The notes beneath the pieces were generated by a model. That model ran no database searches. It saw only the letters and a list, made by a program, of their open reading frames with translations, and was not told the origin of the DNA. From a virus (Duplodnaviria; Caudoviricetes), in IMG/VR virus record IMGVR_UViG_3300048886_001068, positions 1-39,619 of that record: a DNA stretch of 39,619 bases. One strand, given 5' to 3'. Made by a program: the position numbers and the translations under genes. This document shows, in pieces, positions 11,001 through 19,385 of this stretch. Positions within the stretch are counted from its first letter, which is position 1; every line of letters begins with the position of its first letter.

Positions 11001-12182
11001 TCCAGCAGGATCTGATTCAAAAAGACCATCAGCAGCCTCACTAAAAGAAGGACCTACATATTCCCAACATGCGCCACCATCTTCTGGAACTTGTATAGTA
11101 TCTCCTATAGCAGGAGGACCACTTGGAATACTATCAAAAAATAGTTGATTTTCAGATGGTATATTAGTTGCAAGTAAAGGAACAAAATTCTTAAAAACTG
11201 GACCTCCAGCACAATCTTCCCATTCATGGAATGTTTCATAAATACAAGAACCATCATCTACTGTAGCACAAGGATTAAAATTAGATGCTAAATATCCATT
11301 TACACAAGGCCATGGACATAGATCTGGAGTAGTTGGTATTGTAGTTGATATAGCACAATCATAAGCTGCTAAATCACCATGACCATTTTTATCAGGCATC
11401 CAACCAGCTTGTGCAGTACTATCTGTACAACCTAGTATATCCTCAGTTGCAGTATCACAACTAGCACAATCTACAAATGGCCCTTGTACATTTTCACATA
11501 TATTACCATTTAATGTCCATTCTGGCCATACATTAGGACTAGCTCCAACAAATAATTGAGTACCTATATATTCCCAACATACTGATGTGGAACCACAACC
11601 ACATCCAAGAGAAGGATCACAATTAGCCTCTTGTATTTTTACAAACTCCCCTACAGCAGGAGTATTTACTAAATTATAAAAATTTATACTTGACTGAGAT
11701 TGTAATAAAAGTTTTGCTGATCCAACAGCAAGATTTATAGCAGTACTATCTATATAATGAACTTTATTTGAAAAAGGAGTGACTCCAGTACAACCAGGAT
11801 CACGTTCTAAAAATACATGAAATTCATATTCTGGTATAGTTAAGCATTCTGCACAATCAGGATATGTAGTATAAGGACCTCCTACAGAATCAAATAATAT
11901 TTGTGGAATAAAATCATTTATTCCAAGAGATGTAGTTATAGCTACTAATTTTATACATCTGAAAGATTGCTCACCAGTAGGAGTGGGATCTAAATAATCA
12001 GGTACTGGTATAAGAATTACATCACCTATACTAGGTGATCCTAATGCAGTCCAAAATGCTATATTTTCAGCATGTTTAGATAGAGTGGGTACCCCCACAT
12101 TAGGAACAAGCCAAAAACATATAGATCCTGCTCCACCGTCTACTTCATCACACCAAACCCATCTATAAAAATTATCATCCAC
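5070..12182 (-). CDS. giant Cys-rich repetitive adhesin/fibre-like virion protein (GCxD..A.NY...A..DDGSC repeats, vWA-like domain, SprB repeat)
   Basis: 2370 aa; about a dozen GC[TMQI]D repeats; LYFFYDTSS...LLVICFTDE vWA-like motifs; DNGTITITATGGILPYTYGW...GLGPGVYTIIVMDSEGC SprB repeat. Confidence 0.65.
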   Translation of the reverse strand: MDDNFYRWVWCDEVDGGAGSICFWLVPNVGVPTLSKHAENIAFWTALGSPSIGDVILIPVPDYLDPTPTGEQSFRCIKLVAITTSLGINDFIPQILFDSVGGPYTTYPDCAECLTIPEYEFHVFLERDPGCTGVTPFSNKVHYIDSTAINLAVGSAKLLLQSQSSINFYNLVNTPAVGEFVKIQEANCDPSLGCGCGSTSVCWEYIGTQLFVGASPNVWPEWTLNGNICENVQGPFVDCASCDTATEDILGCTDSTAQAGWMPDKNGHGDLAAYDCAISTTIPTTPDLCPWPCVNGYLASNFNPCATVDDGSCIYETFHEWEDCAGGPVFKNFVPLLATNIPSENQLFFDSIPSGPPAIGDTIQVPEDGGACWEYVGPSFSEAADGLFESDPAGVTYIAGDCAMCAGTPGCTDIAACNYDAAATYDDGSCCTSVPCEGCTDPGSSNYDPDACEPCDGGTPNDCCLPCVYGCMDSTSLNYDPLATCDNGTCITIVYGCTDPNADNYDPTATVNQVSATDVSNPCLYEDTPCKREKKPDKTDYVIRKIEIECSFADDVYKKYKSLRYGIGNCCGSDYQNHLNEKGLCDWEDGKLPSYLRADLKEEATYDYPIVDDQPNPDDPYKPTWVTELCGLSDSQAANCDLYFFYDTSSLGDAEVEDAYDATQVWLTGLGFTGNEFHSAQTRERWLDWASCAMTGSWDNYVSPFGPSNMYTPLVDNLPNNLFWQIHQWADVNGITMYGGKQAGDIGQGTNFTDITLLGPPPASTSKCLLVICFTDEANNGKAGQNPASPSLYHVSGTNTSTKWYNATDGLGTLTDGSDSEVGFVWKGDYNAFVSAYTNWIGQSADHNASFFVYPSKPNTIWNGHKPFSLHVLGAISSGNQTVKDGTFTQGTAPHCSPGMGGANGIGVKMCAIENYVGHVRVNPYYTPIAPNILPPFSAGSPSTYGYGGLDNYGWGTNVSMAPFTQETFTTDIEVFWESEGWECDDSECWYITVVNQNGVAVEDYDIILDGANLGTTDEYGRFHIVIPNASVDTQHILNLCWCLTSEGDCRQQKIKITVTEECPAVCCDDIFDACPPEIIIPEAPILMGCTDPLASNYSSLANVDDGSCMYCGSFIVTEVHTDADLGIDNGTITITATGGILPYTYGWNSSWGGFVDPGNVSSATGLGPGVYTIIVMDSEGCTEVITIFISQPLSRYGCMDVCACNYDATANLDNGLCLYAGCIDLTGINTTYAICADTGLEMTTPAQAPTADCLCIPGGTNYATCCNYCVYGCQDPLAVNYDNAANCDCDGSNPGCTTTSIPACDGPGAGECCQYYWVCNSQVYRESCVERIDIAPTLAFYGGGTSGRVEYYTTFSNGFVNTDFWTLQWCNAIASHGGAAPSANACDCGGRSHYNASVPHTDPDASMFDNKYAYFFLTDAGVQVYHSTTNSFMPLRDSTWHEVVLGLEDYTGEVLDSTTMTFQNVKDLLFTANEDWILGGGGGAYCACEWVTGSPVNGCIDDGLADDHFYAPTQGHSDANPYPGGFRQQRLGYYSDSLNNNNGTSWIGEDISNYFGWECDSSSGYPIPRCKEDNPASIPSGTTECGSFFGNIHGNYSGGGNCGATILGTVMPNNWCAAMTAWSNTSCGGCYNATWPSWSSGVDNFISWANSTGVLAGLGLPNFNATDTYWDLFGYPLDGTTYTWGSTFLNHPLSTNTSWGPNGIDLTTHWGKYWIAAAHPNPPSATWPIMRTYSGIKESIGDCNCEESICDCVEDPLKTSGGPYHVDEDACNNASNCCGECGCTDGEDYTGGSLFALNPDINGCDADGTCGRTGPGGTGPYCTSDGFAYDCTGLTNTPTGYVRCNYDPDAQCDDGSCFTCGCMNPLDPCYNAGASVDDGSCEKWKCEPGTFTGTNSCDTKTQMFWNNDPADPVMWNTTVQNTGPPYCGAPPNSPNTPAPFATPCTTEWFFETGNGALVFDDHFYLDNLATPNSPCWDPTYTSYIRYYVLQIEVKPPSSFATGLQTTADDFRAAIIFAGLGNVTMTDDLPTIRQKLFNESADHVTFYAGTCVCNGIWSDCTCITDPTGTYNSQSECFNPIIPNCCKSSWQCNVEPWQVDSCKGVNSQGFYRKDWSTMDVTGNYFPNPAAVPDTWATSQWRGGLIDSAISAPVTYHTNLGPMWIDATNSATVTASLIWKTIADPLNGLQYMEIGDNYFWSETPNADGVPENINMSNNTCEASEAQINSMMYPAGSGITGPAFTSSTLYARKDQLTGISLTHGGGAIYQTGPNGTWANFINWLELNEGFDGTTNPLIDLSMDFDTVINTILTNEPTFQIGFGTMDCGCCTGALSNNCDSVLQFNCKEDLYPVIGDPSCLDCRNNNANCDSCI

Positions 12183-12193
12183 TATTTTTTATA

Positions 12194-12343
12194 TTATTTT
12201 GTTCTTAGCTTATTATGCTCATATTCTCCTCTACATGTTTTATGGACTGTTTGTCCATCATTAGCTTTTGTCTTTTGACATCCACATGAGAAAGCTTTGT
12301 TGCAATGTGTACAATAAGTAGGTTTTCTTTTAGGTACAACCAT
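12194..12343 (-). CDS. small Cys-rich putative Zn-binding protein (49 aa; not in ORF track)
   Basis: Manual translation MVVPKRKPTYCTHCNKAFSCGCQKTKANDGQTVHKTCRGEYEHNKLRTK; fills the gap between two operon genes and has an A-rich upstream region. Confidence 0.75.
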   Translation of the reverse strand: MVVPKRKPTYCTHCNKAFSCGCQKTKANDGQTVHKTCRGEYEHNKLRTK

Positions 12344-12360
12344 AGTTTTTTTATTTTTAT

Positions 12361-12906
12361 CTAGCATACTGTACAGGTTATTTTTTCTAATTTTCTTTTA
12401 GCAAAATTAAGAAGTTCTGTCCCAGCTTGTGGACTACTACAATATTCAACCTTTGCTTTTGCTGCATCAATCATAGTCCTAATATCATGCATTTCTTCCA
12501 ATACTTTTTCTCTTTCAGAATATGGAGTACATTTATCAATATCTAACTTACATAGTTTTCTATAATACAATTCCATTAAACTAGTAGTTCTTAAGTGATT
12601 ATATTCTACATATACCTTATCTCCTGGAGAAACACTATATCTAATTATATATACACCATCAGGAATAACTGTTCTTAAACCACTACAATCTGTTGTTTGA
12701 AGATTTAATGCACAAGCATTAACTGAAAAGTCAAATCCTGGTTGAACATCTATTGTTGAAGGAGAATTAAATCCTGGAGATGTTATTGCTAAATCCCCAC
12801 ATGTTACAGGAAGTTCAGATGCATACTGACTAGTATCTTTAATACTGAGTATTTCTGGATTTGAGACATTTAAAACTTCAAGACTTAATATATGTTTAGT
12901 TGCCAT
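12361..12906 (-). CDS. crAss-like ring/collar structural protein
   Basis: 181 aa; IPDGVYIIRYSV motif followed by a helical C-terminal half, as seen in crAss-like ring proteins; synteny. Confidence 0.55.
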   Translation of the reverse strand: MATKHILSLEVLNVSNPEILSIKDTSQYASELPVTCGDLAITSPGFNSPSTIDVQPGFDFSVNACALNLQTTDCSGLRTVIPDGVYIIRYSVSPGDKVYVEYNHLRTTSLMELYYRKLCKLDIDKCTPYSEREKVLEEMHDIRTMIDAAKAKVEYCSSPQAGTELLNFAKRKLEKITCTVC

Positions 12907-12943
12907 ATTTAGGTAATTGTTTATAAATCATTAGTATCTACTA

Positions 12944-12951
12944 ATAATATA
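12944..12951 (-). promoter_or_regulatory. putative late promoter element TATATTAT
   Basis: Minus strand TTTTTTTGTATATTAT between a terminator and the 181-aa gene. Confidence 0.5.
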
Positions 12952-12975
12952 CAAAAAAAGCTTCATATAAAAAAC

Positions 12976-13004
12976 AAAAAAGGATGGGAACTTAATCCCA
13001 TCCC
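12976..13004 (-). terminator. intrinsic terminator
   Basis: GGATGGGA/TCCCATCC stem followed on the minus strand by TTTTTTGTTTTTT, downstream of the 404-aa gene. Confidence 0.8.
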
Positions 13005-13037
13005 TTTATGATTCATCATAAACTATACCAATCTATA

Positions 13038-14252
13038 CTACTGTTGTTGCTCTGGTTCACAGTCACCATCCTCAGGCGGAACAATAGGAAGTCCTGGTGC
13101 ATTCATATTTCCTGCTCCATCTCCTACTCCTACTCCAGCGGCATCAGCAATTGCTTTCCAACCAGCATCTAATTCAGCAATACCAGCAACATCATCACAT
13201 TCAATAGCAATACTTACTAAATACTGATCATTATCAAACACTCCAGTTGGATTGTTAAATCTTGGAACAGTATGTAATAAATAATAAATCTGATAATATC
13301 CTGCAGGATATGCGGTAGGTGATGTAGGTCTATTAACTGCATTAATAATAGCATCTCCATGTTCTATTTGTCTAAAACGTGAAGAATCTCTATTACCAGC
13401 ATTATAGCCACCATCCTGACGATATCTACCATCCAGAATAAGATCTCGTAAAACAAGTTCTCCTGAAGTTTCAGGTCTACCTTGTATTTGTATAACAGTA
13501 CATCCTGGATCTGTAAACACAGGTACAGAAGTTACACAACAATCTGTACATGGATCTCCATCATCATCTAAGATAGAAGCACTAAATTGAAGTGGTTCAT
13601 ATGGATACCAATCTCTAGTATCAAATGAACAGTTATCAAATATAGTTTCCATATCAGCTTGAACTGTAAGTGTAACAGTACCTACGCCATCAGTAGCAAG
13701 AATGAAAGGATTTATTGTTGCATCATCATTAATAGCAGCTGTCCAAGCGGCTGAAACTTCAGCACCAGACCAGAATAAAGGAGCTTCAGTATCTTCACAA
13801 CATCCTGTGATATCTGCAATCATATAAGCATTTCTGTTAAGATATCTTAATACATCTGTACCTTTAACATCAATTCTTAATTGTGGATGTGAATCACATG
13901 GATAACAATCATCTGGAATTGTAAGTTCAATTTGTACTTTCTCTGGATCATAACAACATGTTTTCCACATTCTATTAATAAAGTGTGTTTTAATTACCTT
14001 TGATTTAATTGATTCAGCATATCCACCATGAAGCGGATTGCCACCAATTGTATCTACATCATTTAGGTTTCCCTGAACAAGTAAAAAACCTGCTTCAGAG
14101 TTAGGTGGAACTGCAGGGTTAATGCTCAAATACGTTGTAGCATCAACTAATCCCCATTCACCAGGAGTTAGGCCTTGTGTTGGTGTACCATCAGGTGCTT
14201 CCCCCCTTGTAGATATCATGCTTTTTCTATAAGCGTGATCAAAATAAGCCAT
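13038..14252 (-). CDS. putative auxiliary capsid/stabilisation protein (crAss-like)
   Basis: 404 aa; third gene after the MCP; has its own promoter-like motif and terminator, consistent with a high-copy virion protein; YYLLHTVPRFNNP...FDNDQY motif. Confidence 0.5.
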   Translation of the reverse strand: MAYFDHAYRKSMISTRGEAPDGTPTQGLTPGEWGLVDATTYLSINPAVPPNSEAGFLLVQGNLNDVDTIGGNPLHGGYAESIKSKVIKTHFINRMWKTCCYDPEKVQIELTIPDDCYPCDSHPQLRIDVKGTDVLRYLNRNAYMIADITGCCEDTEAPLFWSGAEVSAAWTAAINDDATINPFILATDGVGTVTLTVQADMETIFDNCSFDTRDWYPYEPLQFSASILDDDGDPCTDCCVTSVPVFTDPGCTVIQIQGRPETSGELVLRDLILDGRYRQDGGYNAGNRDSSRFRQIEHGDAIINAVNRPTSPTAYPAGYYQIYYLLHTVPRFNNPTGVFDNDQYLVSIAIECDDVAGIAELDAGWKAIADAAGVGVGDGAGNMNAPGLPIVPPEDGDCEPEQQQ

Positions 14253-14368
14253 TTCTTTTAATTGCCCTACTATTTTTAATTTATAAGGACTTTATTTAAC
14301 ATAAACAGAATGGGTTTATTCATTGTACCCAGATAAAAGTACCCAAACCTAAACTTCTATCCTTCATT

Positions 14369-14399
14369 ATAATATAAGACTTTTTTATCTAATAATCAA
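14369..14399 (-). promoter_or_regulatory. putative late promoter TTG-N20-TATATTAT
   Basis: TTG at 14399-14397, 20-nt spacer, TATATTAT at 14376-14369. Confidence 0.5.
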
Positions 14400-14404
14400 G
14401 TCTT

Positions 14405-15160
14405 TTAATTATTTTTTTCTGCAGACTGAGTTCCTCTCATATACTGATTTACTGCATCAATATCTCCTGCCATTATTGCAACAGCTTCATCAATAATAAC
14501 TTCTACAATATCATCTTTAAACTCAGATATCACATTAACAACTGATGTATTCTGAGTATAAGGATCTACACAACCTGATATTTGTATATTTCTAGGTTTT
14601 CTATAATATGTTAATTCAGGATTAACTATATTAAATTTTCTTCTATATATCCTTATCTTATTACCTTGTAATGTACAAAATGTTTCACCCCAATCAAAAT
14701 CAGGTCTTTTTAATTTATCTCTCATTATCAAATCTACATTAGCTTCTTCTGCTAAATATACAGTCATAGATCTTCCATTATATACTACAATATCATCTGC
14801 AGGAGTAACACCTTTTATTTTAGTAGCCTTAACAGGACAACATTCTGATTCAGCTTCTGCACTAACTCTTTTATATTCTAAATAATCAGATGGCCAATTA
14901 GTTGCTTCAAAATAATCAGCAAAAAGAGTACCTGTTAATGTATATTCATTAAGTAAAATCTGAAGATCATCTATTCTACGCTTAGATGCTTCATCTCCTT
15001 CCTTATACATATTATTACCATGAAGTTGTCTTCTACACCATTCAATTTGAGCTTTATTAAAGGCTTCAATAATTTGCCAGCATTCTAAATTATCATAGTC
15101 ATTACTAGCTAATTTATTTAACCTTTGCATAAACTTTATTTGAAGAGTAGTATTGTTCAT
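14405..15160 (-). CDS. crAss-like head-tail adaptor/ring protein
   Basis: LNKLASNDYDN...FNKAQ...RRIDDLQ.L and LTYYRKP motifs typical of the conserved protein two genes after the crAss-like MCP. Confidence 0.65.
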   Translation of the reverse strand: MNNTTLQIKFMQRLNKLASNDYDNLECWQIIEAFNKAQIEWCRRQLHGNNMYKEGDEASKRRIDDLQILLNEYTLTGTLFADYFEATNWPSDYLEYKRVSAEAESECCPVKATKIKGVTPADDIVVYNGRSMTVYLAEEANVDLIMRDKLKRPDFDWGETFCTLQGNKIRIYRRKFNIVNPELTYYRKPRNIQISGCVDPYTQNTSVVNVISEFKDDIVEVIIDEAVAIMAGDIDAVNQYMRGTQSAEKNN

Positions 15161-15165
15161 CTATC

Positions 15166-16218
15166 TTATTTATTCCACAAAGGTTCTATTTTTCCCAAAT
15201 AGTAATTTAGTGTATCATCATTAATAGGATTCTTTAAAAATTCTACAACTTCAGCAGATCTTTTTCCTAATTTTACTTTTGCAAATGAATCATAGATATA
15301 TCCATCACTTTTACTTTCCATGAATCCATGTAACATAGCATCTTTTACAAGTGCTCTAATCTTAAGATCTTCCATAGACAAGTTGTTGATAGATAAGAAA
15401 TGTTGAGCAGCTTTCTTCTTACCTTTCTCAAAACTATTACCATTTATATAAGTATCCATATTTTCATATAATATATCAATTGGTGTAGTTTTCTCATATT
15501 GAGTACTATTTGGATCTACAACTTTTGTTACATAAAATAATTTACTTGTATCTGAATCATACATTCCTTGTAATGCAGCAAGAGCCTTATTCCTTATTTT
15601 AGATAATTGAGTTCTTGTACTTGTGGTTTCTTGTACTTTATCTAGATAAAATCTTAAGCTTTTTTGTTTTGCTTCGGCTAGAGTTTTTCCAATAATAGAA
15701 AATCCTCCTGCTTCAATACCATATATTTTAATAAGATCATATGGGTCTTTTAATGGATCTAAATAAATTGGATCATTTCCACATTTAATAGAAATTTTAT
15801 CCCAAAATTTATGGTTATCAGGTCTTAATATCTGAACTTTATTCCAAAAATCTTTATCATCTATATCAATAACATTAGTTGCTAATTGTTTTTCTAACTC
15901 ACTCACAGTATTTCTAATCTCTTTTATTTTTTCTTTTCTTGCTTCTGGAGATAAAGTTTTTACTTCTGGAGCAAATTCATTTAATCCAGTAAGATATCTT
16001 GAAACTCCATTTTGTTCTAGACATGTTAAACTCTGATGATGATATACACCATCAAATAGAGTCATTTTATATTTTTCTAATCCCATATTTTCCTTTGTTT
16101 CATCAAAATATGGACGTATAGCAATAGTATGATTTTTACTTTGCTGATACTTTTCTACGATTGTTACAGTATCTGATTTAGTTACTATTTCTTCTGTTAC
16201 TATTTCTTCTTTTGTCAT
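15166..16218 (-). CDS. conserved crAss-like protein downstream of the MCP
   Basis: 350 aa; DFW...L...DPYDLI and C-terminal LG....EVVEFLKNP.N motifs; synteny. Confidence 0.6.
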   Translation of the reverse strand: MTKEEIVTEEIVTKSDTVTIVEKYQQSKNHTIAIRPYFDETKENMGLEKYKMTLFDGVYHHQSLTCLEQNGVSRYLTGLNEFAPEVKTLSPEARKEKIKEIRNTVSELEKQLATNVIDIDDKDFWNKVQILRPDNHKFWDKISIKCGNDPIYLDPLKDPYDLIKIYGIEAGGFSIIGKTLAEAKQKSLRFYLDKVQETTSTRTQLSKIRNKALAALQGMYDSDTSKLFYVTKVVDPNSTQYEKTTPIDILYENMDTYINGNSFEKGKKKAAQHFLSINNLSMEDLKIRALVKDAMLHGFMESKSDGYIYDSFAKVKLGKRSAEVVEFLKNPINDDTLNYYLGKIEPLWNK

Positions 16219-16250
16219 TTTTTCTTTGGTTTAATAATTATTAATTGGTT

Positions 16251-16282
16251 TAAAGAAATAAGGAAGGGCACTAGGCCCTTCC
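16251..16282 (-). terminator. intrinsic terminator after the MCP
   Basis: GGAAGGGC/GCCCTTCC stem followed by TTATTTCTTT on the minus strand. Confidence 0.7.
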
Positions 16283-16301
16283 GTCTTTCATTTTATCATG
16301 A

Positions 16302-17927
16302 TTAGAATGATCCTCCTGTTACAGGGTTAACCATTACAATCTTAAGAACCTTAGTTGGATCTTTTACCCAAATGGCTGGCATCGTTTGAGTCATCATAAC
16401 TCTATAGCCATTAAAGTGGCCTGATGATGCAAAACCTTGAGATCTTCCCATATAATCCATTGTACCATTTTGGTAGAACCATTTTAACTGGTTATCCCAA
16501 GATAATTTCAATAAGAATATATTGTCACTTCCTTCATCAGTTACATCAAAAATAATGTAGCTATAAGAACTTAGTGGACGACCATCTACTAACGGATTCT
16601 CAATGTCATTAGTATGTAAGTTGTCAAATGCAGGATTTAATACAAATTTAACATTTGCTAAGAATGGAATAACCATACTTGTATATGCAAATCCAAATCC
16701 TAGATTCATCCCTTTACCAGTAATAGCACCAATATTATCTAAATTAGTAACCATATTAGTACCAGCTACATTTCCAGCTTGAGCAGCAATTGCAGCATTA
16801 ACTAACTGCATACCACCTATTCCTGTTTGTACAATTAACTCACGTTTTGGATCTGGTCCATCAAACTCAACTTTTCCTTGATAGAAATTATAAAGTTCAT
16901 TTTGGAACATATCCATACTAAACTGATTCTTGTTGTACACACGTTTAAAGGAGTTATCCAATTGTGACCAAAGACCTACTGATAATCTAATATCATCTGG
17001 ACCGTCTTGTTTAACTCTACCTCCGTGTCCCCACATTAAGTAAGTCTCAATATCACTAGCAATTTTTGTTAAATGGGCTGCTTCCATAGCAGTTAAGAAT
17101 GTTCTAGAAAGATTACCATTATCAAAAGCTTTCTTCATATAATCTTTACCCATTGCTCCTGCAAGTTCTTCTATAGTAGAAATTGAAGGATTTACATTTG
17201 GATCAAAGTTTCTCCAAATTTCAGTTACAGGAACTGTACCATCTGCATTCATTCCTCCTTTAAGCATCAAATCTGCTCTTGAAGAAATTGTGTAATGTAC
17301 ATGCGCTTCAGCACCTCCTACAAAGTTGTAGAATTCACGGAAACCTGCTCCTGTTTGAATATCAGAAAATCTTTCTCCATATTCTCCTCTAGCAGAACCT
17401 TTTCTAAAATACTTAGTTCCTAAAGCTAAATGAACAGGATTGAGCCAATGTGCACTATCATTATTTACAAGTTCACAGGTATAAACCCATCCATCACCTA
17501 CTTGAAGAATATCATCAGCAGTAATATAAAGTTCATCTCCATTATATTTGTCATAAGTAATAATATCCCCATGACCAAATTCTCTTTGAGATAGTTTAAT
17601 TGTAAATTTTTGGCCATCTACGCCTTTGTAATAATTTGCTGGTTCAACATCACCCATTGCAACAGGTAATTCTTGAGCTACAGGGGTCTGCCATTTATAC
17701 TCGCCCCTAGCATTGTCCACCATTATTGTATTCTTACCACCAAAAGATGCCATCTGATACAAAGGCATTTCTACCTTCTGAGTCATTGCCCATAGATCCA
17801 CTGGACCTAAATCCATTGGTTCTGCATTGCCTAGCAAATTAGTTAAGTGATATGAATCAATATGTGAACTCGTATTATAATTTGTGTCTCTTAAAAAGAG
17901 ACCATTGTTTAACACTGGTGTTGACAT
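16302..17927 (-). CDS. major capsid protein (crAss-like, HK97 fold)
   Basis: 541 aa after portal and scaffold; EYKW, E..LMWG.GG, GL..QL and C-terminal AIWVKDPTK motifs; followed by a terminator. Confidence 0.85.
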   Translation of the reverse strand: MSTPVLNNGLFLRDTNYNTSSHIDSYHLTNLLGNAEPMDLGPVDLWAMTQKVEMPLYQMASFGGKNTIMVDNARGEYKWQTPVAQELPVAMGDVEPANYYKGVDGQKFTIKLSQREFGHGDIITYDKYNGDELYITADDILQVGDGWVYTCELVNNDSAHWLNPVHLALGTKYFRKGSARGEYGERFSDIQTGAGFREFYNFVGGAEAHVHYTISSRADLMLKGGMNADGTVPVTEIWRNFDPNVNPSISTIEELAGAMGKDYMKKAFDNGNLSRTFLTAMEAAHLTKIASDIETYLMWGHGGRVKQDGPDDIRLSVGLWSQLDNSFKRVYNKNQFSMDMFQNELYNFYQGKVEFDGPDPKRELIVQTGIGGMQLVNAAIAAQAGNVAGTNMVTNLDNIGAITGKGMNLGFGFAYTSMVIPFLANVKFVLNPAFDNLHTNDIENPLVDGRPLSSYSYIIFDVTDEGSDNIFLLKLSWDNQLKWFYQNGTMDYMGRSQGFASSGHFNGYRVMMTQTMPAIWVKDPTKVLKIVMVNPVTGGSF

Positions 17928-17962
17928 AATTGTTCGTTTTTAATTAATAATTATTGTTGTTT

Positions 17963-19261
17963 CTAAAATCTTTTAAATATATTATTACTTCTTGGAAGAG
18001 TTCTTTTTGTTTTTCTTCTAGTTGGCTCCTCTTCTTGTGTATTAAGAGAAGATGCATTTTTATTTGATTGTGCTGTTTTAAGTTTTCTAACAGTTTTTTC
18101 AACTGCCTTATTCTCTCCTTTTGCCATAATCTGTTTCTTATATCCATCTGGATCAGCAAGTAACCATAATGCTTCTGATACTAGAGTATAATTTGGTTCA
18201 ACAAATTGATACTTTTCCAATAAATGTCCTAATAAATTTGTATTTTGGCCTGATATAGATGGATATGCAGGACTAACTAATCCGTTATATAAAAGAGATT
18301 GAGTCTTTTTATTTACTTTCATCTCTCCCAATTGACCATCTTTTAATGTATCATATACATTAGCCATATATGTTTCTGATGCCTTATGCTGTTGTGCTTT
18401 TTTTACTTCTTGTTCTTGTAACCTTTTAGCTACTATTGCTTCTGACATCTTATCTAATTTTGGTTTAAACTTAGATGCTTGTTTTTCAAGCTTTCCTAAA
18501 TCTTTCCATATCTCTATTTCTTCCTCAATATCTTCTGGTGTTCCATATCCTGTAGCACCTAAATATTCTCTTACAATATGTGATTGACCATCTTCTGTTG
18601 AGATATCAAGTGATCTTGTTTCCTCAACTTGAGATAATGCTCCAAATAAACCTTTTAAATCTTGTCCTCCATCTGCAACATATTTAGCTGCAACTTGTAA
18701 TTCTTGTGGTAAGCTATCAAAAAATTGTTTTGGAGTTTCTCTTCTTACCTTATTACCTCTCTCATCCATATTAGCTTGAATAAGTTCTTTCCAATCTTTA
18801 GCAGTATAGTCTTCTAAATCTTTATCATCATCAAAAGGAATGATTTGTTCATCATCAATCATTTTTTTGAAAACATCTGACATACCATCAATTCTTCTTC
18901 TACCTTTAGCAGTAGACTTCTCATCTTCTGATTCTGCTACTTCTAAGCCTTCATTTAATATCTCATCAACTTCTTCTGCTGAAACAATTGGTTTTGTTTC
19001 TTTTACTTCTTCTACTTCTTCAACTGTAGTATCAGACTTAGTTTCTTTTTCTTCTAATTTAGTTTCCTCAGCTGGTGGTTCTTTAACATCCTGATCTAAA
19101 TATGTTAAATCTACATTCTCTGGTCTAGAGAACATATTAGGTTTTTTTTCTTCAGGTAATGTAATTGATTCAGCTCCAGGAGCTCCATTAAAAATTTCAT
19201 CTAGATTAACATCTACCTGCTCTACATTAGTTGTAGTTTCTATGTTTTTTTCTTCTGACAT
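17963..19261 (-). CDS. putative scaffolding protein
   Basis: Very acidic low-complexity N-terminus, helical core, basic C-terminus; lies between portal and MCP. Confidence 0.65.
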   Translation of the reverse strand: MSEEKNIETTTNVEQVDVNLDEIFNGAPGAESITLPEEKKPNMFSRPENVDLTYLDQDVKEPPAEETKLEEKETKSDTTVEEVEEVKETKPIVSAEEVDEILNEGLEVAESEDEKSTAKGRRRIDGMSDVFKKMIDDEQIIPFDDDKDLEDYTAKDWKELIQANMDERGNKVRRETPKQFFDSLPQELQVAAKYVADGGQDLKGLFGALSQVEETRSLDISTEDGQSHIVREYLGATGYGTPEDIEEEIEIWKDLGKLEKQASKFKPKLDKMSEAIVAKRLQEQEVKKAQQHKASETYMANVYDTLKDGQLGEMKVNKKTQSLLYNGLVSPAYPSISGQNTNLLGHLLEKYQFVEPNYTLVSEALWLLADPDGYKKQIMAKGENKAVEKTVRKLKTAQSNKNASSLNTQEEEPTRRKTKRTLPRSNNIFKRF

Positions 19262-19307
19262 AATATATTTGGTTTTTAAAAGTTATAACTTATTGGTTAC
19301 TATATAG

Positions 19308-19315
19308 ATAATATA
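19308..19315 (-). promoter_or_regulatory. putative late promoter element TATATTAT
   Basis: Minus strand GTATATTAT upstream of the scaffold-MCP pair. Confidence 0.45.
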
Positions 19316-19385
19316 CTAAGATTTTTATTATAAACCTTAGAAATTTGATATATTAATATAAATTTTTTGCAGTATATAGCTAAGA

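Noticed and set aside
5070-12182. Diversity-generating retroelement target
   Set aside because: No reverse transcriptase and no TR/VR pair with adenine-specific differences seen in the window; the repeats are diverged at all positions.
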